Shown piece after piece: positions 13,233 to 23,120 of a DNA stretch of 64,000 bases; the first letter of the stretch is position 1, and every line of letters begins with the position of its first letter. Location: the NCBI GenBank assembly GCA_963773695.1, contig CAVZCE010000007.1:71325-135324 (forward strand), given 5' to 3'. A model generated the notes under the pieces. It worked only from the letters and a program-made list of their open reading frames with translations. It did no database searches and had not been told where the DNA came from. A program made the position numbers and the translations under genes. Origin of the DNA: an uncultured Chloroflexia bacterium (lineage in GTDB: Bacteria; Chloroflexota; Limnocylindria; QHBO01).

Positions 13233-15353
13233 TCAGCCCGGGCCGATGGCGGCCCGTCGTTCGTTCACCATCCGCCTCCGACGCCGCGTCCCCCGCCGCC
13301 ACCGCCGCCGAAGCCTCCTCCCATGCCGCGTCCCCGCTCCGCCGCCGCCGAAGCCGCCGAAGCCGCCGCCCCCGAACCCTCCGCCGCCGCGCCATCCCCC
13401 GCCGCGGCGCCCGCCACCGCTGAGGATGCCACCGATGATGCCGCCGAGGATCGCGGCCCCCACGTCGTTGCCCCAGCCGGGACCGCCACGCCGGCCCATG
13501 GAGTACGGCCGGCCGTTGAGCACGACCGTCCCACCGTACCCTGCCGCGTTCGTCCGTTCGAACTCGTCGCTCGCCATGCGGTACGCCTCGTCGGCGCGGC
13601 CGAGGGCGCGTTGCGCCTGTGCCTGCGCCTGGGCCGGATCCGACTCGCGGACGGCGCGCGCCTGGTCGAGCGCTGCAACCGCGTCGGAGAGCCGGGTGCG
13701 CGGCTGGCGTCCCACTCCGTGCCGCCGACCGTCGAGGTAGTCGCTCGCCCGCTCGACGCTGGCAGCGGCGGCGGCGATGGACGCGTCGGCCGCGGCCGCG
13801 ACCCTGGCGCGCTGCTCCTCCCCGGCCTTGATGGCGGCAAGCACCGAAGCGCCGGCGGCCTGCGCCTCCGTGGCGAGGCGCAGCGCCAGGACGAGGTCAT
13901 GCTTCTCACCTGTCGCCGCCTCGCTCGCCCCCTTGAGCCGCGACTGCGCCGTGGCCAGATCCGTCGCAGGCACCGTGCCTTTCGCGGCGGCGACGGCGTT
14001 CGCCGCCGCCTCGACATCGGTCCGCGCCCGGGCCAGCGCCTCCGGCAGCTGCGTGCGGGCCGCATCGAGACCCTGCGAGGCCCGGTCGATGGCGTCCAGC
14101 AGGCCGCCGGCCTGTGCAGCTGCGTCGGGTCCCGCCTTCGCGGCCCTGGCAGCAGCTCCCTTGTCCGCGCCGGCCGCACGGCCGCGCTGCTCCGCCTCCC
14201 GTGCCAGCGCGAGTCGCTTGCGGGCCTCCGCCACGTTCCCGCGCACCGGGGCCGCTGCGGAGGGCGCATCCGCCTCCAGCCCCGCGAGCGCCTCCTCGAC
14301 GCCGGGGATGCGGCCCTCGATCCTGGTCAGCTCCGCGGGGAGCGCGGCCAGGATCTGGGGAGCTCGACGCTCCAGGTCGCGCAGCTCGCGGAAGCGGTCC
14401 GTCTCCTTCTCCACCGCGGCCTGTGCGTTCTGGCAGCGGCTGACGATCTCGTTGAGCATACGCTCGCGCGTTGGCGGGTCCTCCGGGACGTCGTCGTCGA
14501 GCTGCTGGCGGACGGTAAAGGCCGCCTGCAGCTCCTTGCGGGCCGCGTCGAGGGCCTCGTGGAAGGGCTTCACCGCGTCGGCGCCGAACTCCGCCTCCGC
14601 GAACCCCAGCTCCTGGACATCGTTGCGCAGCAGCTCATCGGTCGCCACCAGGAGGGCGTTCGCCCTGCGCGCCAGCTCCCCCGTGCGGCGGTCCCGCTCC
14701 TCCGCCTCGCGATGGCCGGCCAGCCAGCCCCGGACCCACCACCACACGATCGCGACGCCGACCAGGATGAGGAGGAGCGACAGGAACCAGGCAAGCCAGC
14801 CGAAGTCCGCGGGAGACGGCGCGGGCGTCGTCCCGCCGCCGTTCGTGCCGCCGCCGCTCGACGCAGCGCCCAGCGCATCGGCTCCGTCGGCGACCGCGGT
14901 GCCCCAGGCGCCCGCGGCCAGGTCCGGCTCGACCGAATCGGCGAGGATTCGTGCCTGCTCCGCCTCGGTGATGGAGTCCGTGAGGAGGCTGCCGATCCAG
15001 AGCGCATCGCGACGGTCGCCGGTGGCGACGACCAGCAGCGCATCGTTGCCACCAAGGCCGTTCGCGCTGAAGACGGCACCGGCATAGTCCGTCGCGGTCT
15101 GGTTACCGGTCGTGTCGACGAAGAGCGCCCAGAGCTGGATGTTGTGCTGCTGGTCCAGGCGGTCGATCCCCTCGTGGGCGGTCTGCCGGTCGCTGGACGT
15201 CAGGACGCCGGCGAGATCGGTCACCCGCTCCGTCAGCTTCGGCGCATTCGCGGCGGACGAGGCCCCGGCCGCCAGGGCCAGGACGAACAGGCCGGCCAGG
15301 AAAGCAGCAACGGCCGGGCGCGTGGCGCCGGCGCGCGGGAACCGCACGGGCAT
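13233..15353 (-). CDS. TPM-domain (TLP18.3/Psb32/MOLO-1 family) membrane protein with a long cytoplasmic coiled coil and Gly-rich C-terminal tail
   Basis: 706 aa; signal peptide, TPM-like domain (LTERVTDLAGVL...ALLVVATGDRRDALWIG), one TM helix, about 380 aa of Ala/Glu/Arg-rich coiled coil, C-terminal GGGFGGGGFGGFGGGG; 38 nt upstream of pspA. Confidence 0.6.
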   Translation of the reverse strand: MPVRFPRAGATRPAVAAFLAGLFVLALAAGASSAANAPKLTERVTDLAGVLTSSDRQTAHEGIDRLDQQHNIQLWALFVDTTGNQTATDYAGAVFSANGLGGNDALLVVATGDRRDALWIGSLLTDSITEAEQARILADSVEPDLAAGAWGTAVADGADALGAASSGGGTNGGGTTPAPSPADFGWLAWFLSLLLILVGVAIVWWWVRGWLAGHREAEERDRRTGELARRANALLVATDELLRNDVQELGFAEAEFGADAVKPFHEALDAARKELQAAFTVRQQLDDDVPEDPPTRERMLNEIVSRCQNAQAAVEKETDRFRELRDLERRAPQILAALPAELTRIEGRIPGVEEALAGLEADAPSAAAPVRGNVAEARKRLALAREAEQRGRAAGADKGAAARAAKAGPDAAAQAGGLLDAIDRASQGLDAARTQLPEALARARTDVEAAANAVAAAKGTVPATDLATAQSRLKGASEAATGEKHDLVLALRLATEAQAAGASVLAAIKAGEEQRARVAAAADASIAAAAASVERASDYLDGRRHGVGRQPRTRLSDAVAALDQARAVRESDPAQAQAQAQRALGRADEAYRMASDEFERTNAAGYGGTVVLNGRPYSMGRRGGPGWGNDVGAAILGGIIGGILSGGGRRGGGWRGGGGFGGGGFGGFGGGGAGTRHGRRLRRRWRRGTRRRRRMVNERRAAIGPG

Positions 15354-15565
15354 GGTCACAGGATATCCACTCCTCCACCCGACATGCGAGAGACCGGGGG
15401 CCGCTCCCGCACGCCGGTCAGGGTGCTGTGCGCGACGGCATGCGACCAGTGCCGTCCGGACCCAACCGCGTCCCTCCCGCGACCGGGGCCACGGGCCCCG
15501 CGGCGCCGCGACCGGGCTGCGGGATCCTGTCATCGGATGACACCAATACGGCGTAGGATCTGCGC

Positions 15566-16540
15566 GTGCGATCGAGTAGGCTGCTCTCCATCCTGCTCCT
15601 CCTCCAGACACGCGGACGGATGACCGCCCGCGAGCTGGCGACGGAGCTGGAGGTCTCGATCCGGACGATCTATCGCGACGTGGACTCGCTCGCCGAGGCC
15701 GGCGTCCCGCTCTACGGGGACCGCGGCCCCACGGGGGGCTACCAGCTGCTCGACGGCTATCGCACCCGCCTCACGGGCCTGACCATGGACGAGGCGGGCG
15801 CCGTCTTCCTGGCAGGGATGCCGGGCCCCGCCGCCGACCTCGGGCTGGGAACCGTGCTCGCCACGGCGCAGCTCAAGCTGCTCGCCGCCCTGCCCGCCGA
15901 GCTTCGGGCTCGCGCCGGGCGCATCCGCGAGCGCTTCCACCTCGACGCGCCCGGCTGGTTCCGCAGCGCCGACCAGGCGCCGCAGCTCGCGACCGTGGCC
16001 CAGGCCGTCTGGAACCAGCGGCGGCTCCGCGTCCGCTACGGCCGCCCGACCGTGGAGCCGGAGCGGATCCTGGATCCGCTCGGCGTGGTCCTGAAGAGCG
16101 GGGTCTGGTACGTCGTGGCGCTGCGGGCCGGAGAGCCCCGGACCTACCGTGTCTCGCGGATCGAGGAGGCGGAGGCCCTCGACGAACGGTTCGAGCGCCC
16201 GCCGGACTTCGACCTCGCCGCGTACTGGAGCAGCTCCACCGCGGCATACGAGCGCGAGATCCCGAGGATCGAGGTGATCATCCGCGTCGACCCCGCGCGG
16301 CTCGACCTGCTCGCCACGCTCATCGGCGGGGCCGCGGCCGACGAGGCGGAGCGGTTGCCCGCCGCGGACGATCCGGAGGGCTGGATCCGGCTTCGCGTCT
16401 CTATCGACTGGCCGCGCGACGCCGCGATGCGGCTCGTCGGCATGGGCGGCTTCGCGGAGGTGATCGAGCCGTCGGAGCTGCGAAACGAGGTCATCGACCT
16501 CGCCCGCAGCTCCCTGGCCCGGCACGGCGCTTCGGCCTAG
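15566..16540 (+). CDS. WYL-domain transcriptional regulator (HTH-WYL-WCX, YafY/PafBC-like)
   Basis: GTG start; N-terminal HTH (MTARELATELEVSIRTIYRDVDSLAEAGVPL), central WYL-like region, C-terminal extension; divergent from the TPM-pspA operon. Confidence 0.75.
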   Translation: MRSSRLLSILLLLQTRGRMTARELATELEVSIRTIYRDVDSLAEAGVPLYGDRGPTGGYQLLDGYRTRLTGLTMDEAGAVFLAGMPGPAADLGLGTVLATAQLKLLAALPAELRARAGRIRERFHLDAPGWFRSADQAPQLATVAQAVWNQRRLRVRYGRPTVEPERILDPLGVVLKSGVWYVVALRAGEPRTYRVSRIEEAEALDERFERPPDFDLAAYWSSSTAAYEREIPRIEVIIRVDPARLDLLATLIGGAAADEAERLPAADDPEGWIRLRVSIDWPRDAAMRLVGMGGFAEVIEPSELRNEVIDLARSSLARHGASA

Positions 16541-16810
16541 GGGCGGGTGCCTCCCCTAGTGACGTGCGCCCGCGATTCGGGGGACCGGGATGCGGGAACG
16601 GCGCGCCCACGGCGGTTGCCGCTCACCAGGGCCCGGACCCTGAGCAGTTCCTGGACCTCGCGCTCGCGCTCATCGGCCAGGAGGCGGTACAGGTGGCTTG
16701 GGAACATGGGTCTGACTCTTCCTCGCTGTCGGCTCAGGCGACAGCGTACCGGTCGAACCTGCCAGTTCCCGTCATGAATCCCCGTGCTCGCAAACCGGTC
16801 GGATCGTCCC

Positions 16811-17467
16811 CTACCAGGCGATCTCCTCGACCGGCTGCCGCAGGATCGTCCGGGTCTTCTCCGGCGGGGCCGACGGCGAGCTCAGGTAGATCTCGTGGTG
16901 GCACCCGCGCGGCCGGAGGCCGGCCTGCGCCATGGCCGCGTGGAGGCGGGCCTCGGTCGGGTACTCCGCGTCGTACGGACCGACGTGCAGGATCTGGACG
17001 GCCTCCCCCTCCAGCCAGCACTTGACCTGCAGCCGGGCCAGCTGCTCCGGCGAGGCGGATCCCCGCCGGGACACCTCGGCAACAGCCTCCTGCACCTCCG
17101 CCTCGGTCGCATCCTCCGGGACCACGACGAGGAGGCGCCAGTGCATCGGGCTCAGTTCGCTCTCGTGTGCGAAGACGCTCAGCGGGATCGGGGCCGGCTG
17201 CTCGAACCAGTACACGCCCTCGAGCATCCCCACCGGCGGGTTGAGGCCGCGCTCCTTGAGGGCGAAGTGGAGGGCGTAGGCGACCGGGTAGAGCGTGCCG
17301 ATGGCGGCCTGGAACGTCGGCGATCCGGGGGCGGCGTCGCCCTCGATGGCGAGGTAGCGGCGGAACGGGACGTAGACGAAGCGCGCCTCATCGGCTGACG
17401 CGACGAGAAGATCCTCCCACGCGGCGGGATGCTCGAACTCGGTCTCGGGCGGGACGGTGACGGTCAT
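16811..17467 (-). CDS. GyrI-like small-molecule-binding domain protein
   Basis: 218 aa from ATG at 17465-17467; C-terminal IYLSSP motif typical of GyrI-like/AraC-effector-domain proteins. Confidence 0.45.
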   Translation of the reverse strand: MTVTVPPETEFEHPAAWEDLLVASADEARFVYVPFRRYLAIEGDAAPGSPTFQAAIGTLYPVAYALHFALKERGLNPPVGMLEGVYWFEQPAPIPLSVFAHESELSPMHWRLLVVVPEDATEAEVQEAVAEVSRRGSASPEQLARLQVKCWLEGEAVQILHVGPYDAEYPTEARLHAAMAQAGLRPRGCHHEIYLSSPSAPPEKTRTILRQPVEEIAW

Positions 17468-17577
17468 GACGCTCCCTCTCTGGATCCGGCTCCCTGAGGA
17501 TGGCGCCGGTTCGCACCGCGACCAGTGCCGGACGGCCCCCATTCGCCGCGCCGCTCGGACCGGCGTAGGATCGCGGC

Positions 17578-18123
17578 ATGCCTGACGAGCAGCCGATCGA
17601 TCCGGTCGCCTTCCTGCGCGGCCTGCGGGCCACCCGCTCCTTCACCGACGAGCCGGTGAGCCCCGAGGCGCTCGCCGACATCCTCGAGGTGGCACGCTGG
17701 AGCGGCTCCTCCATGAACCAGCAGGAATGGCAGCTCGTGGTGGTGACCGATGCCGGCACGCTCGAGCAGCTCTCGCGGACGAGCCCCACCGCCGCGCACC
17801 TCGCGCGGGCGCCGCTGGCGATCGCCATCGTCATGCCCGGCGAGCGGAAGATCACCGACGCCTTCGACGAGGGCCGGATGGCGGAGCGGATCATGCTCGC
17901 CGCGCGGGCCTGCGGCCTGGCGAGCGGCATCGCCTGGGTCTCGCCGGGAGCGGAGGCCGCCAGGGAGCTGCTCGGTGTCCCCGCCGAGCGCACGCTTCGC
18001 TCGGCGATCGCCATCGGTCACGCGAACCAGGCCGGCCGCAGGCCCAAGTCGCCGCCGGGCGAGGCCCGGCGTCCGCTGGACGAGACCGTCCACTACGAAC
18101 GCTGGGGCAGGCGGCGCGCCTGA
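17578..18123 (+). CDS. nitroreductase-family protein
   Basis: 181 aa; nitroreductase fold pattern (RRSFTDEPVSPEALADILEVARWSGSSMNQQEWQLVVV). Confidence 0.75.
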   Translation: MPDEQPIDPVAFLRGLRATRSFTDEPVSPEALADILEVARWSGSSMNQQEWQLVVVTDAGTLEQLSRTSPTAAHLARAPLAIAIVMPGERKITDAFDEGRMAERIMLAARACGLASGIAWVSPGAEAARELLGVPAERTLRSAIAIGHANQAGRRPKSPPGEARRPLDETVHYERWGRRRA

Positions 18124-18160
18124 GGAGCGCGGCCGAGACCGCGCCGCCGGCCGAGCGGCG

Positions 18161-18340
18161 TCAGGCTGACCAGTGAACGGCATCGAGCCGGCAGCGGCTG
18201 ACGCAGAGGCCACAGCGGGTGCAGCGCTCGCCGGCGAGGGCGGCGCGGCCGTCCACGACGTGGATGGCGTCGCAGACGCATGAGGTCACGCACACGCCGC
18301 ACCCGTTGCAGGCGTCCGGATCGACGATCGGAAGCCCCAC
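18161..18340 (-). CDS. small ferredoxin, 2x[4Fe-4S] (not in the ORF track because it is under 60 aa)
   Basis: Translation VGLPIVDPDACNGCGVCVTSCVCDAIHVVDGRAALAGERCTRCGLCVSRCRLDAVHWSA carries two CxxCxxCxxxC motifs; GTG start with a GAGG RBS 4 nt upstream; the frame stays open upstream to about 18515 without a canonical start. Confidence 0.65.
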   Translation of the reverse strand: MGLPIVDPDACNGCGVCVTSCVCDAIHVVDGRAALAGERCTRCGLCVSRCRLDAVHWSA

Positions 18341-18547
18341 CGGACCTCGGTCGCGAGCGGCACGCCGCCCGTGGGCGGTCAGCTCCCGGGCGCTCGCGTA
18401 CCCGTGCGCGTCGAGAAGATCTCGGCGTGCATCGGCTTCCTGGAGCGGGGCGGGAGCAAGGCGATCATCACCAGCCCGGAGAACCTGGAGCGCGCCCTGG
18501 ACGGCGAGGCCGGCACGCAGATCGTCCCCTGACCGATCCGGGGCACC

Positions 18548-19492
18548 TCAATCGCCCGGCGGCACCCGGACCGGGACGCGAATCGATGCCAGGCGCTCGC
18601 TGACCTGGTCGAAGACCGGGTGGCTGACGAGGGCGCAGGTCACCGCCATGTAGACCGCTCCGAGGATCGCATCCAGGAGGTAGTGCTGCCCGAGGTAGAC
18701 GATCGCGAACCAGACGATCGCCGACCACGCCAGCGCGATCCAGGCCAACCGGGTGCTCACCTGGGCAAGGAAGAAGGCACCCACCAGGGGGAAGGCGGCG
18801 TGCAGGGACGGGAGGGCGGCAAGCTCGTTCCCGGACAGGTTGCCATATCCCCACGAGGCAATGGGGAAGGCGCGGAAGGCCGCCAGCACCTGGGCGGCGA
18901 TGTCCTGGACGGAGATCGGGGCCCCGAACTGGGCGGCCAGGCGCGGGGGGGCGACCGGGAAGAGCAGCTGCGTGGCGTAGCCGGCCAGGGCGACGATGAT
19001 CATGGCGATCGCGAAGCGGTAGTACACGGGTCGGCTGTGGCGCCACAGCACCCATCCGAAGATCACGGGCGCCGCGAAATGGCCAAGGTAGACGGCGGTC
19101 ATGACCGCGTCGAGGGTGCTGATCGAGCCCGAGACGTGGAGCGCGGACTGGAGAGCCTCCGTCGGCGTCCGGCCGCCGGCCAGTGGCCCGAAGAGCGTCC
19201 GCTCCAGGCTCAGGATGTCCGCCGCGTGGACCCGCGCCACAAGGCTCGGCCCGAGCCCCCGCATGGCCTCCCACGTGAGCGCGATGAGCGGAAGTGGCAG
19301 CACCTCGCGGAACCACGGCCGGTTGGCGAGGAGCGCGATCAGCACCAGGCCGGCGACCACCGGCAGAAGATCGGCGGTGAACTGCCCGTGCAGGAGGATC
19401 ATCAGGAGCCCGACGTAGGCCAGCCAGCCCACGACGGCGAGGACGATCAGACGACTCAGTGCAGCGGCGTCTCGATCGCGAACTGCTTCCAT
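18548..19492 (-). CDS. PAP2-superfamily (phosphatidic acid phosphatase type 2-like) integral membrane protein
   Basis: 314 aa, multi-TM; PSLHAAFPLV resembles the PAP2 C3 motif (SxHxxxxF). Confidence 0.55.
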   Translation of the reverse strand: MEAVRDRDAAALSRLIVLAVVGWLAYVGLLMILLHGQFTADLLPVVAGLVLIALLANRPWFREVLPLPLIALTWEAMRGLGPSLVARVHAADILSLERTLFGPLAGGRTPTEALQSALHVSGSISTLDAVMTAVYLGHFAAPVIFGWVLWRHSRPVYYRFAIAMIIVALAGYATQLLFPVAPPRLAAQFGAPISVQDIAAQVLAAFRAFPIASWGYGNLSGNELAALPSLHAAFPLVGAFFLAQVSTRLAWIALAWSAIVWFAIVYLGQHYLLDAILGAVYMAVTCALVSHPVFDQVSERLASIRVPVRVPPGD

Positions 19493-19697
19493 CTGCTCCT
19501 CTAGCCCAGACGTCGAGCCTGCCTCTGCGCGAGCCGATCAGCCGCGCCGGGTCCCCAGGCGAGTCGCACCGGTGATCATCGCACTCCGGCACGACTGCGG
19601 GTGGCCGGCGCCGCGCGTCGACGAGATGGCCGGACAGGCAAACGACGGCCCCGGCGTTTCCGCCGGGGCCGTTCGGGCGTCGTGAACCGGGGCCGGA

Positions 19698-21323
<1,626 letters not shown>

Positions 21324-21382
21324 GGGTGTCTGTTTCCTCCTTGATCATTCCGCGGATGTCGCTTGTCGACGACCCGGGACGA

Positions 21383-21694
21383 CTACTCGATGACCGCCAG
21401 GACGTCCTTCTGGGAGAGGATCAGCAGCTCCTCGTCGTCCAGCTTGAACTCGGTCCCGGCGTACTTCTGGAACAGGACCTTCTGACCCACCGAGACGTCC
21501 ATCGCCTCGCGCGAGCCATCGTCCAGGGTTCTGCCCGGCCCGACCGACAGGATCGTGCCCTCTTGCGGGCGCTCCTTGGCGGTGTCGGGCAGGACGATGC
21601 CGCTCTTGGTCGTCTCTTCGCGCGGCGTGGGCTTGACGACGAGCCGATCGCCCAGGGGCTTCAGCTGGGTCGCTCCGGCTACCGTGGTGGCCAT
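21383..21694 (-). CDS. groS: co-chaperonin GroES (Cpn10)
   Basis: 104 aa from ATG at 21692-21694 (LKPLGDRLVVKP...GTILSVGPG); 60 nt upstream of groL. Confidence 0.9.
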   Translation of the reverse strand: MATTVAGATQLKPLGDRLVVKPTPREETTKSGIVLPDTAKERPQEGTILSVGPGRTLDDGSREAMDVSVGQKVLFQKYAGTEFKLDDEELLILSQKDVLAVIE

Positions 21695-21790
21695 GTGTGC
21701 GTGGTGCCTCCTCACATCGTGTCGCAGGTCCGCTCTGTCCGATGGTGTGCCAATCCCTCGCGCGGGAGGCCGCCGGCCCATGGGACCGCG

Positions 21791-21817
21791 CTGGCACTCT
21801 ACCACTGAGAGTGCCAG
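21791..21817 (-). promoter_or_regulatory. CIRCE operator (HrcA binding site) in the groES leader
   Basis: CTGGCACTC-N9-GAGTGCCAG is a perfect 9-bp inverted repeat with a 9-nt spacer, matching the CIRCE consensus TTAGCACTC-N9-GAGTGCTAA at the core GCACTC/GAGTGC positions. Confidence 0.8.
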
Positions 21818-21818
21818 C

Positions 21819-21848
21819 AGCGTACCGTCTGCCGAGGTGCGTTGTCAA
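21819..21848 (-). promoter_or_regulatory. putative sigma-A promoter of groES-groEL (TTGACA-N18-TACGCT) directly abutting CIRCE
   Basis: On the minus strand: TTGACA (21843-21848), 18-nt spacer, TACGCT (21819-21824); CIRCE begins 2 nt downstream. Confidence 0.4.
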
Positions 21849-22000
21849 CCGACGAGTGCGTCGGGAGGAGGACGCAAACGGCGGCATCGGCTGCCGCCGA
21901 TGCCGCCGGAGATCGCTCGCGTCACGCCCCGCGAACGAGAAGGCGCGAGTCTCTGGTTGGGGGCAGCCGGGGCGGGGGGTCTCCCCGCGCTGCCGCTCCG

Positions 22001-22234
22001 TCAGGCGAGGTGCAGGAGGAGCGCGGCGCTGGCTCCCGGTGAAGGAACGCCGCCATTGTTCGTCGTTCCGGTGCTGAAGAACAGGAAGTAGACGAGGATG
22101 GCAATGATCACCAGGGCGACGAGGATGCCGAGGATGAAGCCGTAGCCGCCGCCCCCGGCGGGGGCGGGGCCGGTGGGTGCCGGCCCGGCGGGCTCCGGTC
22201 CCCCACCGGGTGTGTTGACGTTGATCTGGCTCAT
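22001..22234 (-). CDS. small hypothetical membrane protein (Pro/Gly-rich N-terminus plus one TM helix)
   Basis: 77 aa from ATG at 22232-22234: MSQINVNTPGGGPEPAGP...GFILGILVALVIIAILVYFLFF. Confidence 0.35.
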   Translation of the reverse strand: MSQINVNTPGGGPEPAGPAPTGPAPAGGGGYGFILGILVALVIIAILVYFLFFSTGTTNNGGVPSPGASAALLLHLA

Positions 22235-22310
22235 GACGCGTCGGGCCCTCCTTTCATCGCTCCGCGCTCTCGCGCGAACCGATGCACGATTCACGCAAGC
22301 GGTGTGCCAT

Positions 22311-23120
22311 TCAGCCGGCCTCGCCCACCAGGCGGCCCAGGCTCTGCGCCGCGGCGCGCGCCACCTCCGCGGGCTCGATGCCGCGCAGGCGCCCGATCTC
22401 CGCCGCCACACGGAGGGCGGTGGTCGGCTCGTTCCGACGGCCCGGTCCTGGCGCCAGCAACGGCGCGTCGGTCTCGATGAGGATCGAGGTCAGCGGGAGG
22501 GTGGCGGCCGCCTCCCGTGGACCGACGGCCGAGCGGAACGCGACGGGAAGCGCGAACGAGACGAGGAAGCCGGCCCGGCTGAGCCGGTCGGCCATCCGCG
22601 CGTCCCCCGAGAAGCAGTGCAGCACGCCCGGGACCGCGCGTCCCGAGGGGCCGGGCCAGCCGGCAAGGGCCTCCTCCACCTCGGCGTGGGCATCACGATC
22701 GTGCACGAGGACGGGCTTTCCGGTGCGCGCCGCAAGCGCGAGCTGTCGATCGAGCGCCGCCCGCTGGACCGCCACGGGGCTGAGGAGCCGATAGTGGTCG
22801 AGCCCGATCTCGCCGATCGCCCGCACCCGCGTGTCGGCCGCGAGCGCCTCGAGCTCGGCCCACGCCGCCTCGGTCACGTCGGCGGCATGATGCGGATGGA
22901 TCCCCACCGCGGCGACGAGGAGGTCGGGATGGCGGGCGGCGAGCTCCAGCGCCGCGGCGGACGAGGCCACGTCCCAGCCGGGCACCAGGATGCGGACGAA
23001 GCCGGCCTCCCTGGCGCGTTCCAGCACCGCGTCGCGGTCGCTGTCGAAGTCCTCGTGCTGGAGGTGGCAGTGCGAGTCGACGATGCCCGGCAGCCGCCCG
23101 GGTCCGTGGCGCCGGCTCAG
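22311..23120 (-). CDS. tatD: TatD-family metal-dependent deoxyribonuclease/hydrolase
   Basis: GIVDSHCHLQ...GEIGLDHY...VLVHDRDAHAE...ETDAPLL motifs; no ATG/GTG/TTG in frame near the conserved N-terminus, so the start (CTG 23118-23120, CTG 23091-23093 or ATC 23082-23084) is uncertain; overlaps the metG stop. Confidence 0.7.
   Translation of the reverse strand: MSRRHGPGRLPGIVDSHCHLQHEDFDSDRDAVLERAREAGFVRILVPGWDVASSAAALELAARHPDLLVAAVGIHPHHAADVTEAAWAELEALAADTRVRAIGEIGLDHYRLLSPVAVQRAALDRQLALAARTGKPVLVHDRDAHAEVEEALAGWPGPSGRAVPGVLHCFSGDARMADRLSRAGFLVSFALPVAFRSAVGPREAAATLPLTSILIETDAPLLAPGPGRRNEPTTALRVAAEIGRLRGIEPAEVARAAAQSLGRLVGEAG

Noticed and set aside
9674-13423. 1249-aa plus-strand ORF, plus the similar long ORFs 5399..8728 (+), 5037..7781 (-) and 50677..54726 frame extensions
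   Set aside because: These are antisense or alternative frames of pcrA, pspA, ligA and the hybrid kinase. Stop codons are rare in 70% GC DNA, the translations are Arg/Gly/Pro/Ala low-complexity, and there are no recognisable domains.
18219-18653. 144-aa plus-strand ORF, and the ...GFLERGGSKAIITSPENLERALDGEAGTQIVP frame, opposite the ferredoxin
   Set aside because: They overlap the ferredoxin gene antiparallel. The ferredoxin Cys motifs are decisive for the minus strand. The plus-strand peptide has only a vague resemblance to a kinase C-terminus and no start or RBS evidence.
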